DNA of 50,011 bases. Source: Chthoniobacterales bacterium (lineage in GTDB: Bacteria; Verrucomicrobiota; Verrucomicrobiia; Chthoniobacterales; JAATET01). Both the position numbers and the translations under genes were made by a program. The notes under the pieces were generated by a model. The model did no database searches. It was given only the letters and a program-made list of their open reading frames with translations, and had not been told where the DNA came from. The DNA is taken from positions 1 through 50,011 of the forward strand of contig JBGTDR010000212.1 of the NCBI GenBank assembly GCA_041748215.1. Direction: 5' to 3'. This document shows, in pieces, positions 11,033-20,427 of the stretch. How positions within the stretch are numbered: position 1 is the first letter of the stretch; each line of letters begins with the position of its first letter.

Positions 11033-11662
11033 ATGAACGATCTGATTAACAGCGCACTTTTTCCGGTGAACCTCCCGTTCACGATCCTGCTGGCCGGTCT
11101 GGTCGGTTATTGGATCCTCGTGAGTTTCGGCATCTTCGATATCGAAGCTGGCGGAGATTTTTTCGATCTCGCCGATGCCGATCCCGATCTCCCAACGACC
11201 GGCGGGTTTCTGCATTTTCTCAACCTTGGCGAGGTGCCTCTGCTAGTAGTGCTCACCATCTTCACGCTTTCGATGTGGACCTGCGGACTGCTCGCTCATT
11301 TTTTCTTCAATAACGATTCGATCCTTCTCGGGCTCGCCTGCCTGGTTCCGAGTTTCGCGGTGAGCACCGTGGTGACGCGCTTTGTCACACTTCCGCTGAG
11401 ATCGGTTTTTCGCGCGCTTAATCGTCCCGTCGCCAGCGATCGGTCGCTCGTCGGTCAGACCTGCGTCATCCAGACGCGCGAAGCCACTGCCAGCTACGGT
11501 CAGGCCGAAGTGACCGCCGAAGGCGCGCCGATTCTCATTCAGGTGCGCGCAACCCGCAACGAAGCGCTCCGACGCGGCGACACGGCCCTCATCATCAGCC
11601 AGGACGCCGCGTCCGGCACATTCTCCGTTATCCCAGTCACCAACGAACAACTCGAACCCTAG
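11033..11662 (+). CDS. NfeD/YqiJ-like membrane protein (N-terminal TM helices, C-terminal OB-fold)
   Basis: Hydrophobic N-terminal half plus a soluble C-terminal ~80 aa (VGQTCVIQT...GDTALIISQD). It sits immediately upstream of a flotillin gene, the conserved NfeD-SPFH pairing. Confidence 0.6.
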   Translation: MNDLINSALFPVNLPFTILLAGLVGYWILVSFGIFDIEAGGDFFDLADADPDLPTTGGFLHFLNLGEVPLLVVLTIFTLSMWTCGLLAHFFFNNDSILLGLACLVPSFAVSTVVTRFVTLPLRSVFRALNRPVASDRSLVGQTCVIQTREATASYGQAEVTAEGAPILIQVRATRNEALRRGDTALIISQDAASGTFSVIPVTNEQLEP

Positions 11663-11674
11663 AATCCCACCGCA

Positions 11675-13708
11675 ATGTTCACCGCCCTCGGCATCGTCAT
11701 CGGCTTCGTCGCCCTCATCATCCTTCTCGGATTTATGGTCATGCTCATCCGGTGTTACCGGAAAGTGGACCAGGGCCAGGCCCTCGTTCGCAACGGACTG
11801 GGCGGAACGAAGGTCGCGTTTTCCGGCATCGTCGTTCTCCCTGTCATTCACAAAGCCGAGTTCATGGACATCTCGGTCAAGCGCGTCGAAATCGACCGTG
11901 GCAGCCAGACGGGTCTGATCTGCAAAGACAACCTTCGCGCCGACATCAAAGTCGCCTTCTTCGTGCGGGTAAACCAGACGTCGCAGGATGTTCTCAAGGT
12001 CGCACAGTCGATTGGTTGCGTGCGTGCATCCTCGCAGGCGGCAATGGTCGAGCTCTTCGACGCCAAGTTTTCCGAGGCTCTCAAAACGGTCGGCCGACAG
12101 TTCGAATTCGTCGAACTCTACAACTCCCGCGAACTCCTCAAGGACGACATCATCAAACTCATCGGCACCGACCTCAACGGCTTTGTCCTCGAAGACGTCG
12201 CCATCGATTACCTTGAGCAAACGCCGCTGAATCTCCTCAACCCCGACAACATTCTCGATTCCGAGGGTATTAAAAAGATCACGGAACTCACCGCGTCACA
12301 AAAGGTTCTCGCCAATAAAATCGACCGGGAGCGCGAGAAGACGATCAAACAACAGGACGTCGAGGCCCGCGAAGCGATCCTCGAACTCGAGCGCCAGCAA
12401 AAGGAAGCTGAGGAAAAACAAGCCCGCGAAGTCGCCATCGTCACCGCCCGCGAACAGGCGGAATCCAAAAAGGTTCAGGCCGAACAGTTGTTGCGTTCCG
12501 AGCAGGCCCGCATCCAAAGCGAAGAGGAAATTGCCATCGCCGAGGAAAACAAAGCCCGCCAGGTCATCGTCGCCCGCAAAAACAAAGAGCGCACCGACGC
12601 TATCGAGACCGAGCGTGTCGAGCGCGATCGGCTCATTGAAGTCACCGAACGCGAACGCATCGTCGAACTCGCCGTCATCGAAAAAAACAAGGCGGTCGAA
12701 ACTGAACAAAAGGTCATTCAGGACGTGATTCGCGAACGCCTCGTGGTGGAAAAAGCCGCCGTCGAAGAGCGCGAGCGCATCCGCGACACGGAAGCATTTG
12801 CCGCCGCCGAGCGTCAGAAAAAGGTCCAGATCACCGAAGCCGAAATGCAGGCCGAACAGGCGCTCGTCAAGGACATCAAAGCGGCTGAGGCCTCCAAAAA
12901 AGCGGCCGAACTTAAGGCCGAGGAGGATCTGTTCTCGAAGGTGAAAAATGCCGAGGCCGAAAAGGAAAGTGCGGAACTGCACGCCGAGGAAATTCTTATC
13001 GCGGCCGAGGCCCAGCAGGCCGCTGCCATCAAACAGGCCGACGCCAAAAAGACGCTCGCGCAGGCCACCACAGCCGAAGAAGCCGCCCACGGTCTCGCCG
13101 AGGCTCAGGTTCTCGAAGCCAAAGCCGCCGCCTCCGAAAAACAGGGCGTGGTGGATGCCAAAGTCGCCCAACTCAAATACGCGTCGGAAGCCAGGGGCAT
13201 CGCAGAAAAGGCGGAGTCGATGAAGGCGCTCGATGGCGTCGGACGCGAACACGAGGAATTCAAACTCCAGCTCGAAAAGGAAAAAGAGATCGAACTCGCC
13301 GGCATCAACATCCGCAAAGACATCGCGGCGCATCAAGCCGCCGTCCTTGGCGAGGCGCTGCGCAGTGCGAAGATCGACATCGTCGGCGGTGAAGCCCAAT
13401 TTTTCGACCGCATCACGTCCGCCATCACCAACGGCAAATCGATCGATCGCCTCGTGGACAACAGCCGTACGCTCACCGGCGTGAAAGACACGTTCTTCAA
13501 CGGCGACGGGGAAAAGTTCCGGGAGCAACTTGATGGTTTGATCGAAAAATTTGGCGTCAAGACCGAGGACATCAAAAATCTCACGATCGCCGCCGCCCTT
13601 GGCAAACTCATGACGGATACCGACGACCTCGAGAAACGCACATTTCTCGCCAACCTCCTCCATCAGGCCAAAAATCTCGGCCTCTCCGATCAGCCCGTCG
13701 CGAAATAG
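11675..13708 (+). CDS. Flotillin-family SPFH/Band-7 protein (YqiK-like) with long Glu/Ala/Lys-rich coiled-coil
   Basis: N-terminal TM followed by an SPFH domain (VRNGLGGTKVAFSGIVVLPVIHKAEFMDISVKRVEI), then ~400 aa of EA-rich heptad-like repeats. 677 aa. Confidence 0.8.
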   Translation: MFTALGIVIGFVALIILLGFMVMLIRCYRKVDQGQALVRNGLGGTKVAFSGIVVLPVIHKAEFMDISVKRVEIDRGSQTGLICKDNLRADIKVAFFVRVNQTSQDVLKVAQSIGCVRASSQAAMVELFDAKFSEALKTVGRQFEFVELYNSRELLKDDIIKLIGTDLNGFVLEDVAIDYLEQTPLNLLNPDNILDSEGIKKITELTASQKVLANKIDREREKTIKQQDVEAREAILELERQQKEAEEKQAREVAIVTAREQAESKKVQAEQLLRSEQARIQSEEEIAIAEENKARQVIVARKNKERTDAIETERVERDRLIEVTERERIVELAVIEKNKAVETEQKVIQDVIRERLVVEKAAVEERERIRDTEAFAAAERQKKVQITEAEMQAEQALVKDIKAAEASKKAAELKAEEDLFSKVKNAEAEKESAELHAEEILIAAEAQQAAAIKQADAKKTLAQATTAEEAAHGLAEAQVLEAKAAASEKQGVVDAKVAQLKYASEARGIAEKAESMKALDGVGREHEEFKLQLEKEKEIELAGINIRKDIAAHQAAVLGEALRSAKIDIVGGEAQFFDRITSAITNGKSIDRLVDNSRTLTGVKDTFFNGDGEKFREQLDGLIEKFGVKTEDIKNLTIAAALGKLMTDTDDLEKRTFLANLLHQAKNLGLSDQPVAK

Positions 13709-13765
13709 CCTCCAGCGTTTTAGCCACATTTGACATCAAATCGATGGTGCAATAAATTTTCCATC

Positions 13766-14005
13766 ATGACCAAAACACAAATTCAGCTCCCGGAAGACCT
13801 TTACCGCGAGGTGAAGGAATTTGCCCGCCAGCGGGAATGGTCCCTGGCGGAAACGTTCCGCCGCGGCGTCGAGGAACTTCTTCGCCAGTATCCAGAAAAT
13901 CCCACGCCTCGTGCGGAATGGAAACTGCCGGAGCCCCAGTTCCGCGGATATCGGCAAATGTCGGAAGCCGAGTTGAAACGCCACGCCCAGGAAGATTTCG
14001 ATTAA
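13766..14005 (+). CDS. vapB: Ribbon-helix-helix antitoxin (VapB-like)
   Basis: 79 aa (MTKTQIQLPEDLYREVKEFARQREWSLAETFRRGVEELL) directly upstream of a PIN-domain gene, 6 nt apart. Confidence 0.6.
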   Translation: MTKTQIQLPEDLYREVKEFARQREWSLAETFRRGVEELLRQYPENPTPRAEWKLPEPQFRGYRQMSEAELKRHAQEDFD

Positions 14006-14011
14006 CCCGTC

Positions 14012-14455
14012 GTGCAATCTCTCGACACAAACATCCTCTTCAACGCATTTGCCGGAGAGTCGATTCTGCGCCAATCCGCGGTCGCCTGGATGCAGAGTCT
14101 GGTTGATCGCGACGATGTCGTCCTCTCGGAACTGGTTCTCGTCGAGTTTTATCGCCTCCTCCGTAACCCCACCGTACTCGCGGATCCCCTCACGGCCCCG
14201 GAAGCGACCACTCTCATCAACACCTACCGACGCCACCCCCGCTGGCGGATCGTCGGTCTGCCGGCAAAGTCCCGCGAACTCCACGACGAACTTTACGCCT
14301 GCATGGCCCGGTCCAACGTCGCTTACCGCCGCATTTACGACACTCGCCTCGCCCTCAGCCTTCGTGCCGTCGGCGTCACCGACTTTGCCACCACCAACAA
14401 AAAGGACTTCCAAGGATTCGGTTTCGACCGGGTTTGGAATCCCCTCACCAAATAG
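14012..14455 (+). CDS. vapC: PIN-domain ribonuclease toxin (VapC-like)
   Basis: GTG start. LDTNIL (first conserved Asp), then E in VLVEFY and the C-terminal DTRLALSL...TNKKDF. Size and order are typical of VapBC modules. Confidence 0.7.
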   Translation: MQSLDTNILFNAFAGESILRQSAVAWMQSLVDRDDVVLSELVLVEFYRLLRNPTVLADPLTAPEATTLINTYRRHPRWRIVGLPAKSRELHDELYACMARSNVAYRRIYDTRLALSLRAVGVTDFATTNKKDFQGFGFDRVWNPLTK

Positions 14456-14460
14456 CCCAA

Positions 14461-17400
14461 ATGTCGGAGGATCCCGCCTCTCTCGAATCCGGCACCTACG
14501 AGATTCTCCGTCAGAGGTTGACCGAATGCGGTCGCGACCTGCGCGACCGCCTTGATCAACTCAACGCCGCGCGTCACGAAGTTTTTGGAGCCATTGAGAC
14601 CGCTCTCGTCGCAACGGATCGTGTCACCACCGAAAACAACTGTCTGCCCCGCGACCTTGTCGCCATTGGCGCAAATCGCTTCCTCTTCGGATACAACGTC
14701 CACCTTGGCCTGCGCACCGAGACTCAGCTCGCCGATGTTTTTTCGGCCTTTGAGTGGAGCGAGCGCCAGTTCAAACCCGTCCCGCTCGATTTCCTCGGCG
14801 ACCCCGATTTTCTCACCGACTTCAAGAGCCTGTTCAAATATTACCGCGAGACCGTTTTCGCGAAATTCGGCTTCATCGGCCCGCACCTTTTTATGGTCTT
14901 CCGCGTCGGCGGACGTTCGACCGACATCAAGACGTTCAAGTGGGCGCTCGATCACGGGAAATTCACCTACCTCGGCAACCGCAGTGATCACGAGTTCGCT
15001 TTTCCTCCTCAACACGAATTCGAGTGGACGCGCACCCACCGCGACTTTCATCGCAGCGGCCCCCACCCGCATATTTCCATCGAAGATCGTCTGTTCGTGG
15101 AATGCGTCGGCGGCGACCTCACCATCAAGGTCGAGGACAACACCGACTCCGGCACAGGCATTTATTCCGAGCCGGTTGACAATCCCGACCAGACCCTCGA
15201 CGACGCGGAAATTTTTTACGCCAGTCTCGGAAATCTGATCCTGCTCAGGATCCGCCCCTACCAGGAGAAGGCCTGGCGTTACCTCATCTTCAACGACAAG
15301 CTCGACCAGATCCACCGTGTGGATGCCATCGAGCAATCCTGCGTCCTCCTGCCCGATAGTCACGGAATCATCTTCTCGCGCGGCTATTACCTGCAAAGCG
15401 GCGAGCTCAAACTTTTCGACGCCAACTCGACCGACATGCTCTTCGAGAGGCGCATCCAATCGACCAACCGCGAAGATTTTCTTTACGTCTTCTACAATCG
15501 TGAGCGCGGGGATTACATCCTGATGCCTTACAACGTCATCACGCAGCGCGTGGAGACGCCGATTCATTGCCACGGATTTTCCACGTTCGAGAACGGCGAG
15601 ATCGCCCTGTTCAAATCCGACCCGGAGCCGCAAAAACACCATACCGTCCAGATTTGGCAAACCCCGTTCACCGGGCTTTCCTTCCAAGCGGCGGAGGCGC
15701 AGTCCGACTCCTATCTTTTCAAAGTCGGCAACGGCGATCTTGTCCGTTGTATGGCCGAATGCCACGAGATCCTCGGACTGCTCCAACGCGACGACAGCTA
15801 CGCCGGGCTTTACCTCGACATTCGCAAACGCACCGGCGACCTGCTCGATTCCTACTTCTGGCTCGCCCGCGACGAAACGTTTCAACTCGCGGAACCGCTC
15901 ACCGCCTTGCGCGACGCCGCCTCGCGCACCGTCGATGAATTCGACAAAGTCCTCGAGCTCCGCCGCCACGCCGCGACCGAAGTCGACCGGCTCGCCACTC
16001 GCGCTCGCACCCTGCTCGACGGATTGATCGTCGGTGAACTCCAGTCCATCGAGGCATTCGTCCACGCCCTCGCCGAACTCCGCAGCCTCCGTGGCGAACT
16101 CATCACTCTCAAGGACCTCCGATACATCGACCTGCCCGCCGTCGAATCGCTTGAAACCGCCGTTACCAAGAAATCCGACACGCTCTCCGCCGATTGCGTG
16201 CATTTCCTGCTCGGAGAATCCGCGCTCGGACCCTACCGCGAAAAAACCGCCGCGCTCGAAGCCCAGGTCGCCGCCATCACCCGCGTCGTCGAGGGCCGCG
16301 AACTCGAGACCGCGATCGAAAAAGCCGGATCCGAACTCGAACTCCTCATCGAAATTGTCGGCAACCTGCGCATCGCCGATGCCACCGAAACGACCCGCAT
16401 CGTCGAAGCGATCTCGGGCATTTACGCGAGTCTCAATCAGATCCTCGCCCGACTCCGCCAGCGTTTGCGCGAACTGCGAACCACCGAGGGCGCCGCGCAA
16501 TTCGCAGCCCAGCTCCGCCTCGTCAGCCAGGCGGTCGCGAATTCCATCGAACGTTGCGACACCCCCGACAAATGCGACGATTACCTCGGCCGCCTCATGG
16601 TTCAGGTCGAGGAACTCGAGAGCCGCTTTGCCGAATTTGATGACTACCTGATCGAACTCACCGAGAAGCGCACCGAAATCCAAAGCGCCTTCGAGGCCAA
16701 AAAACTCTCCCTGCTCGACGCCCGCAACCGCCGCGCCACCGCTCTCATGGGTGTCGCGGATCGGCTCCTCAAAAGCATCGCCCACCGCGTCGACACGCTG
16801 CCGGGCATCTCCGAGATCAACGGATTTTACGCCTCGGACCAAATGGTCGACCGCCTGCGCGATGTCGTCCAGCAGCTCCTTGACCTCGGCGACCCGGTCA
16901 AATCCGACGACCTCCAAAGCCGCCTCAAAACGATCCGCGAGGACGCTGTGCGCCAGCTTCGCGACCGCCAGGAACTTTTTGTAGGCGGCAGCAACGTCGT
17001 CGCGTTCGGCCAGCACCACTTCAACGTCAACACCCAGCCGGTCGAACTCACGGTGCTCGAACGTGACGAGACCCTCTCCGTACACCTCTCCGGCACCCGT
17101 TTTTTTGAAACCGTCAACGATTCCGAGATCACCGCGCTCAAACCGATTTGGAAACTCGAAGTCCCCGCTGAATCCCCGACCGTTTACCGCGCGGAATTTC
17201 TCGCCTACACCTTCCTGCGCGAGCTCGAATCCAGTCACCGCCTTGAGGAAGCCGCCGCCTGGTCCGAGGCCGACCGCCTCACCGCCGTGCAAACGTTCAT
17301 GGCCCCGCGCTACGCGGAAGGATATTTGAAGGGCGTTAACGACGCCGACGCCGCGCTCCTGCTCGGTGCTCTGCTCGAAATTCATCTCGCCGTCGGCACG

Positions 17401-19503
17401 CTGCGATTCCACCCCGAGGCCCGCGCCCTCGCCGTCGCCGCCTGGCAGCAACACCCCAACGAGAATCTCGCGCAGCAACTCGCCAGTTTCGGCGCGATGC
17501 AATTGCACTTCCCCGGCACTGACCGCCAGCCGGACTACCTTGCGCGACTGGATTCACTCGCCCGGCAATTCGCTGCTGAGACCGCACTCTTCCTGCCCGA
17601 CCGCGCGCCTGAGGCCGCCGCCTACCTCTTTGCCGTGCTCACCGCCGGAGCGGAGTTTCGCTTCAGCCACGACGCCTACACGCTCTTTGACGCCTTCGAA
17701 AAAGCCCTCGCCGACCAGCACGTGACCGAACGATTCGCCAATCTCCGCGTCCCCCTGCGCGACGATTTCATCCGCCACTTCGAGCTCCTGCGTGACTGGG
17801 TCGGCGGGTTTCTCCACGCTGCCGATCCCACCCGCGCCCGATATCGCGACGAAGTTGTCCTGCTCCTGTTGCGCGAACTGCACAACCGCCATGGCATCCA
17901 GCCTGTGGCCCTGCAAATCGAAATCACCGGCCTGCTCGGCCAGCATGCCGTTGTCCGCAACGGCACCTATTCGCTCGATTACCTCGAATTCATCGACCGT
18001 CTCACCCGGCATGCCAGCGAAGTCGCCCCGGCCTTCCATCAATTCCAGGCAGCGAAACGCCGGGTCGTCGAAGCCGCCCAGCAGCGCCTCCGCACCTACG
18101 AATTTCAGCCCCGTGTCCTCTCGTCCTTCGTCCGCAATCAGCTCGTCGACAAAGTTTTCCTGCCCCTCATCGGCGCAAACCTCGCCAAACAAATGGGCAC
18201 CGCGGGCGAAAACACCCGCACCGACCGCTCCGGCCTGCTTCTTCTCATCTCGCCGCCCGGATACGGCAAAACCACCCTCATGGAATACATCGCCGCCCGC
18301 CTTGGCGTCGTTTTCATGAAGATCAACGGCCCGTCGCTTGGTCACGCGGTCACGTCCCTCGATCCCGCCGAGGCCCCGAACGCCGCCGCCCGTGAGGAGG
18401 TCATCAAAATCAATCTCGCCTTCGAGATAGGCGACAACGTGATGATCTACCTCGACGACATCCAGCATTGCCACCCCGAGCTGCTGCAGAAATTCATCTC
18501 GCTCTGCGACGGCCAGCGCCGGATCGAGGGTGTTTATAATGGCGTTGCCCGCACCTACGACTTCCGCGGCCGCAAAGTCGCCGTTGTCATGGCCGGCAAT
18601 CCCTATACCGAAAGCGGCGAAAAATTTCGCATCCCTGACATGCTCTCGAACCGCGCCGACACCTACAACCTCGGTGACATGGCCACCGGCGCCCACCTCG
18701 ACGCATTCAAACTTTCCTACCTCGAAAACTCCCTCACCTCCAACCCCATTCTCGGTCCACTCGCCACCCGCTCCCGCCAAGACATTCACGGCATCATTCA
18801 AATGGCCGAAAATGGCCGCTCCGAAGGCATTGCGCTTGAAGGCACCTACTCCGCCCAGGAAATTGCCGACCTCGTCGCAGTGATGCAAAAGCTCCTGCGC
18901 ATCCGCGACGTCATTCTCAAGGTCAACGCCGAATACATCCGCTCCGCCGGCCAGGCCGACGCCTACCGCACCGAACCTCCGTTTCTGCTCCAAGGCTCCT
19001 ATCGCAACATGAACCGCCTCGCGGAGAAGGTCGTCCCCGTGATGAACGATGTCGAACTCGAGAACCTCATTGCGGACCACTACCGCAACGAAGCCCAAAC
19101 GCTCACCACCGGCGCCGAAGCCAACCTGCTCAAACTTCGTGAGCTCCTCGCCAAACTCACCCCCGAAGAAGCTGCCCGTTGGGCCGACATCAAAAAAACG
19201 TTTACCCGCAATCTGATTGTGCAGGGCGGCGACGGCACCGACCCGATCTCCCAAGTCGTCCGCCAGCTTTCCGCCTTTAACCACGGCCTCGAATCGCTTC
19301 GCGAAACGATTCAGAGCGTGGCCGAAAAGTCTCCTGACCCGCCGTCGGTGGCCACTTCGCCCGCCCGCTCCACCCTGAGTGCGAGCGGTGAGCGGGTTGC
19401 GATCAGCGCCGAAACGCTTCGCAAAATCTGGGATCTCATTGAAAACCAGAACGCGTCATCCGACGAATCCGTCGACGCGGTGATCGAAATGCCGAAACGT
19501 TGA
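14461..19503 (+). CDS. Giant (1680 aa) protein with C-terminal MoxR-like AAA+ ATPase domain; N-terminal ~1250 aa of unknown function
   Basis: ATG at 14461 (MSEDPASLE...). The ORF track's start at 14434 overlaps vapC. Walker A LLLISPPGYGKTTL, Walker B VMIYLDDIQH, and a MoxR-type sensor segment VVMAGNPYTESGEKFRIPDMLSNRADTYNL. One continuous ORF. Confidence 0.7.
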   Translation: MSEDPASLESGTYEILRQRLTECGRDLRDRLDQLNAARHEVFGAIETALVATDRVTTENNCLPRDLVAIGANRFLFGYNVHLGLRTETQLADVFSAFEWSERQFKPVPLDFLGDPDFLTDFKSLFKYYRETVFAKFGFIGPHLFMVFRVGGRSTDIKTFKWALDHGKFTYLGNRSDHEFAFPPQHEFEWTRTHRDFHRSGPHPHISIEDRLFVECVGGDLTIKVEDNTDSGTGIYSEPVDNPDQTLDDAEIFYASLGNLILLRIRPYQEKAWRYLIFNDKLDQIHRVDAIEQSCVLLPDSHGIIFSRGYYLQSGELKLFDANSTDMLFERRIQSTNREDFLYVFYNRERGDYILMPYNVITQRVETPIHCHGFSTFENGEIALFKSDPEPQKHHTVQIWQTPFTGLSFQAAEAQSDSYLFKVGNGDLVRCMAECHEILGLLQRDDSYAGLYLDIRKRTGDLLDSYFWLARDETFQLAEPLTALRDAASRTVDEFDKVLELRRHAATEVDRLATRARTLLDGLIVGELQSIEAFVHALAELRSLRGELITLKDLRYIDLPAVESLETAVTKKSDTLSADCVHFLLGESALGPYREKTAALEAQVAAITRVVEGRELETAIEKAGSELELLIEIVGNLRIADATETTRIVEAISGIYASLNQILARLRQRLRELRTTEGAAQFAAQLRLVSQAVANSIERCDTPDKCDDYLGRLMVQVEELESRFAEFDDYLIELTEKRTEIQSAFEAKKLSLLDARNRRATALMGVADRLLKSIAHRVDTLPGISEINGFYASDQMVDRLRDVVQQLLDLGDPVKSDDLQSRLKTIREDAVRQLRDRQELFVGGSNVVAFGQHHFNVNTQPVELTVLERDETLSVHLSGTRFFETVNDSEITALKPIWKLEVPAESPTVYRAEFLAYTFLRELESSHRLEEAAAWSEADRLTAVQTFMAPRYAEGYLKGVNDADAALLLGALLEIHLAVGTLRFHPEARALAVAAWQQHPNENLAQQLASFGAMQLHFPGTDRQPDYLARLDSLARQFAAETALFLPDRAPEAAAYLFAVLTAGAEFRFSHDAYTLFDAFEKALADQHVTERFANLRVPLRDDFIRHFELLRDWVGGFLHAADPTRARYRDEVVLLLLRELHNRHGIQPVALQIEITGLLGQHAVVRNGTYSLDYLEFIDRLTRHASEVAPAFHQFQAAKRRVVEAAQQRLRTYEFQPRVLSSFVRNQLVDKVFLPLIGANLAKQMGTAGENTRTDRSGLLLLISPPGYGKTTLMEYIAARLGVVFMKINGPSLGHAVTSLDPAEAPNAAAREEVIKINLAFEIGDNVMIYLDDIQHCHPELLQKFISLCDGQRRIEGVYNGVARTYDFRGRKVAVVMAGNPYTESGEKFRIPDMLSNRADTYNLGDMATGAHLDAFKLSYLENSLTSNPILGPLATRSRQDIHGIIQMAENGRSEGIALEGTYSAQEIADLVAVMQKLLRIRDVILKVNAEYIRSAGQADAYRTEPPFLLQGSYRNMNRLAEKVVPVMNDVELENLIADHYRNEAQTLTTGAEANLLKLRELLAKLTPEEAARWADIKKTFTRNLIVQGGDGTDPISQVVRQLSAFNHGLESLRETIQSVAEKSPDPPSVATSPARSTLSASGERVAISAETLRKIWDLIENQNASSDESVDAVIEMPKR

Positions 19504-19585
19504 TTCTCATTGGGGACGGAGTGTTCGCTGTCTTCACCACGCCGCAAAAGATCAGCTGCACGCTTCGCGTCTTCGTCTTTCGGGA

Positions 19586-20179
19586 CTAAGGAGGCGGTGG
19601 TTCGGAGGTTGCTTCGCGAACCAGAGTGGCAATCGGTGTGGGAAGGTCGAGCGAAAGCGCCACGTCGCGCGCGGCCGGGCTCATCTTGCGCCACGTTTTT
19701 TGGAGGATGCCGATGAATTTTTCGCGCGGGTATTCGGCGTGTACCTCGGCGAAGTGGGCAATTTCATTTTCCAGGAAAACGAGGCAGGCCGCGTCTTCGA
19801 GTGCCTGCGTGCCCGCATCGCTGCCGAGATCCTTTTTTGCGATCCAGGCCGCTGCCTGGTCTGCTTCCGATGGGGTGACGCCTGCAGCGAGGAGCATCCC
19901 GCGCGCACGCTCCGCCTGGGTCACGTAGAGGCCGCGCCGCCACGCGAAATAACCCGCCCGACCCTCCGGGTAGTTGCTACGTGGCACCTTCCATCGCTCG
20001 AGATGCTGGCAGCGTGCGGCGAGTCGCAGGATTTGCGGGGCGTTCGCGGCCATTCGTGTGACCCAGGACTCCATCCGGTCTGCGTAAACCAGTTCCACCG
20101 CACGGCCGTCCGGCGTCAACCGGAAATCCGCCGCGTGAGCCGCATCGATCAGTTCTCGCGCTCGCGCGTACACATCCAT
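19586..20179 (-). CDS. DUF4202-family protein
   Basis: Internal ATG at 20179 (MDVYARARELIDAAH...RCQHLERWKVPRSNYPEG...) gives ~198 aa, the normal family length. The longer ORF start is at 20275. Confidence 0.5.
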   Translation of the reverse strand: MDVYARARELIDAAHAADFRLTPDGRAVELVYADRMESWVTRMAANAPQILRLAARCQHLERWKVPRSNYPEGRAGYFAWRRGLYVTQAERARGMLLAAGVTPSEADQAAAWIAKKDLGSDAGTQALEDAACLVFLENEIAHFAEVHAEYPREKFIGILQKTWRKMSPAARDVALSLDLPTPIATLVREATSEPPPP

Positions 20180-20427
20180 CCCGGCCCGGTACAAATAATC
20201 CGATGGAGCGGCGACAACTATTTTCCCTGAAGTCGGCTCGGACGCTGGGGTGGGTAAAGATTTCGTCACACCCATTCGGTTTCCACCGAGGACCGGAGAA
20301 CGGATGCGTTCGCCGATTTACGCACAGGTTCTTCCGTGATACACGAACGCGACGGATGGGCCTGACGTGCCGGCCCCACCGTCAATCGGGGAACTTCTTA
20401 CACGCGCGAAACAGCAGACGGGGAAAA
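20180..20427. promoter_or_regulatory. Divergent intergenic region between DUF4202 gene (-) and pyk (+)
   Basis: A 248-bp non-coding gap between divergent starts. No motif identified. Confidence 0.3.

Noticed and set aside
11243-13729. Minus-strand ORFs antisense to the flotillin gene
   Set aside because: Translations are Phe/Leu/Gly/Asp-rich mirror images of the EA-rich coiled coil. The sense strand has a clear SPFH domain.
14335-19284. Minus-strand ORFs (1057 and 576 aa) antisense to the giant AAA+ gene
   Set aside because: Gly/Glu/Val/Ala-rich low-complexity sequence with no recognisable domains. The sense strand carries Walker A/B and coherent sequence.
20203-20427. N-terminal extension of pyruvate kinase ORF
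   Set aside because: The extension is Arg-rich and non-conserved. Canonical Pyk N-terminus (TKIIATIGP) follows the internal ATG at 20428.
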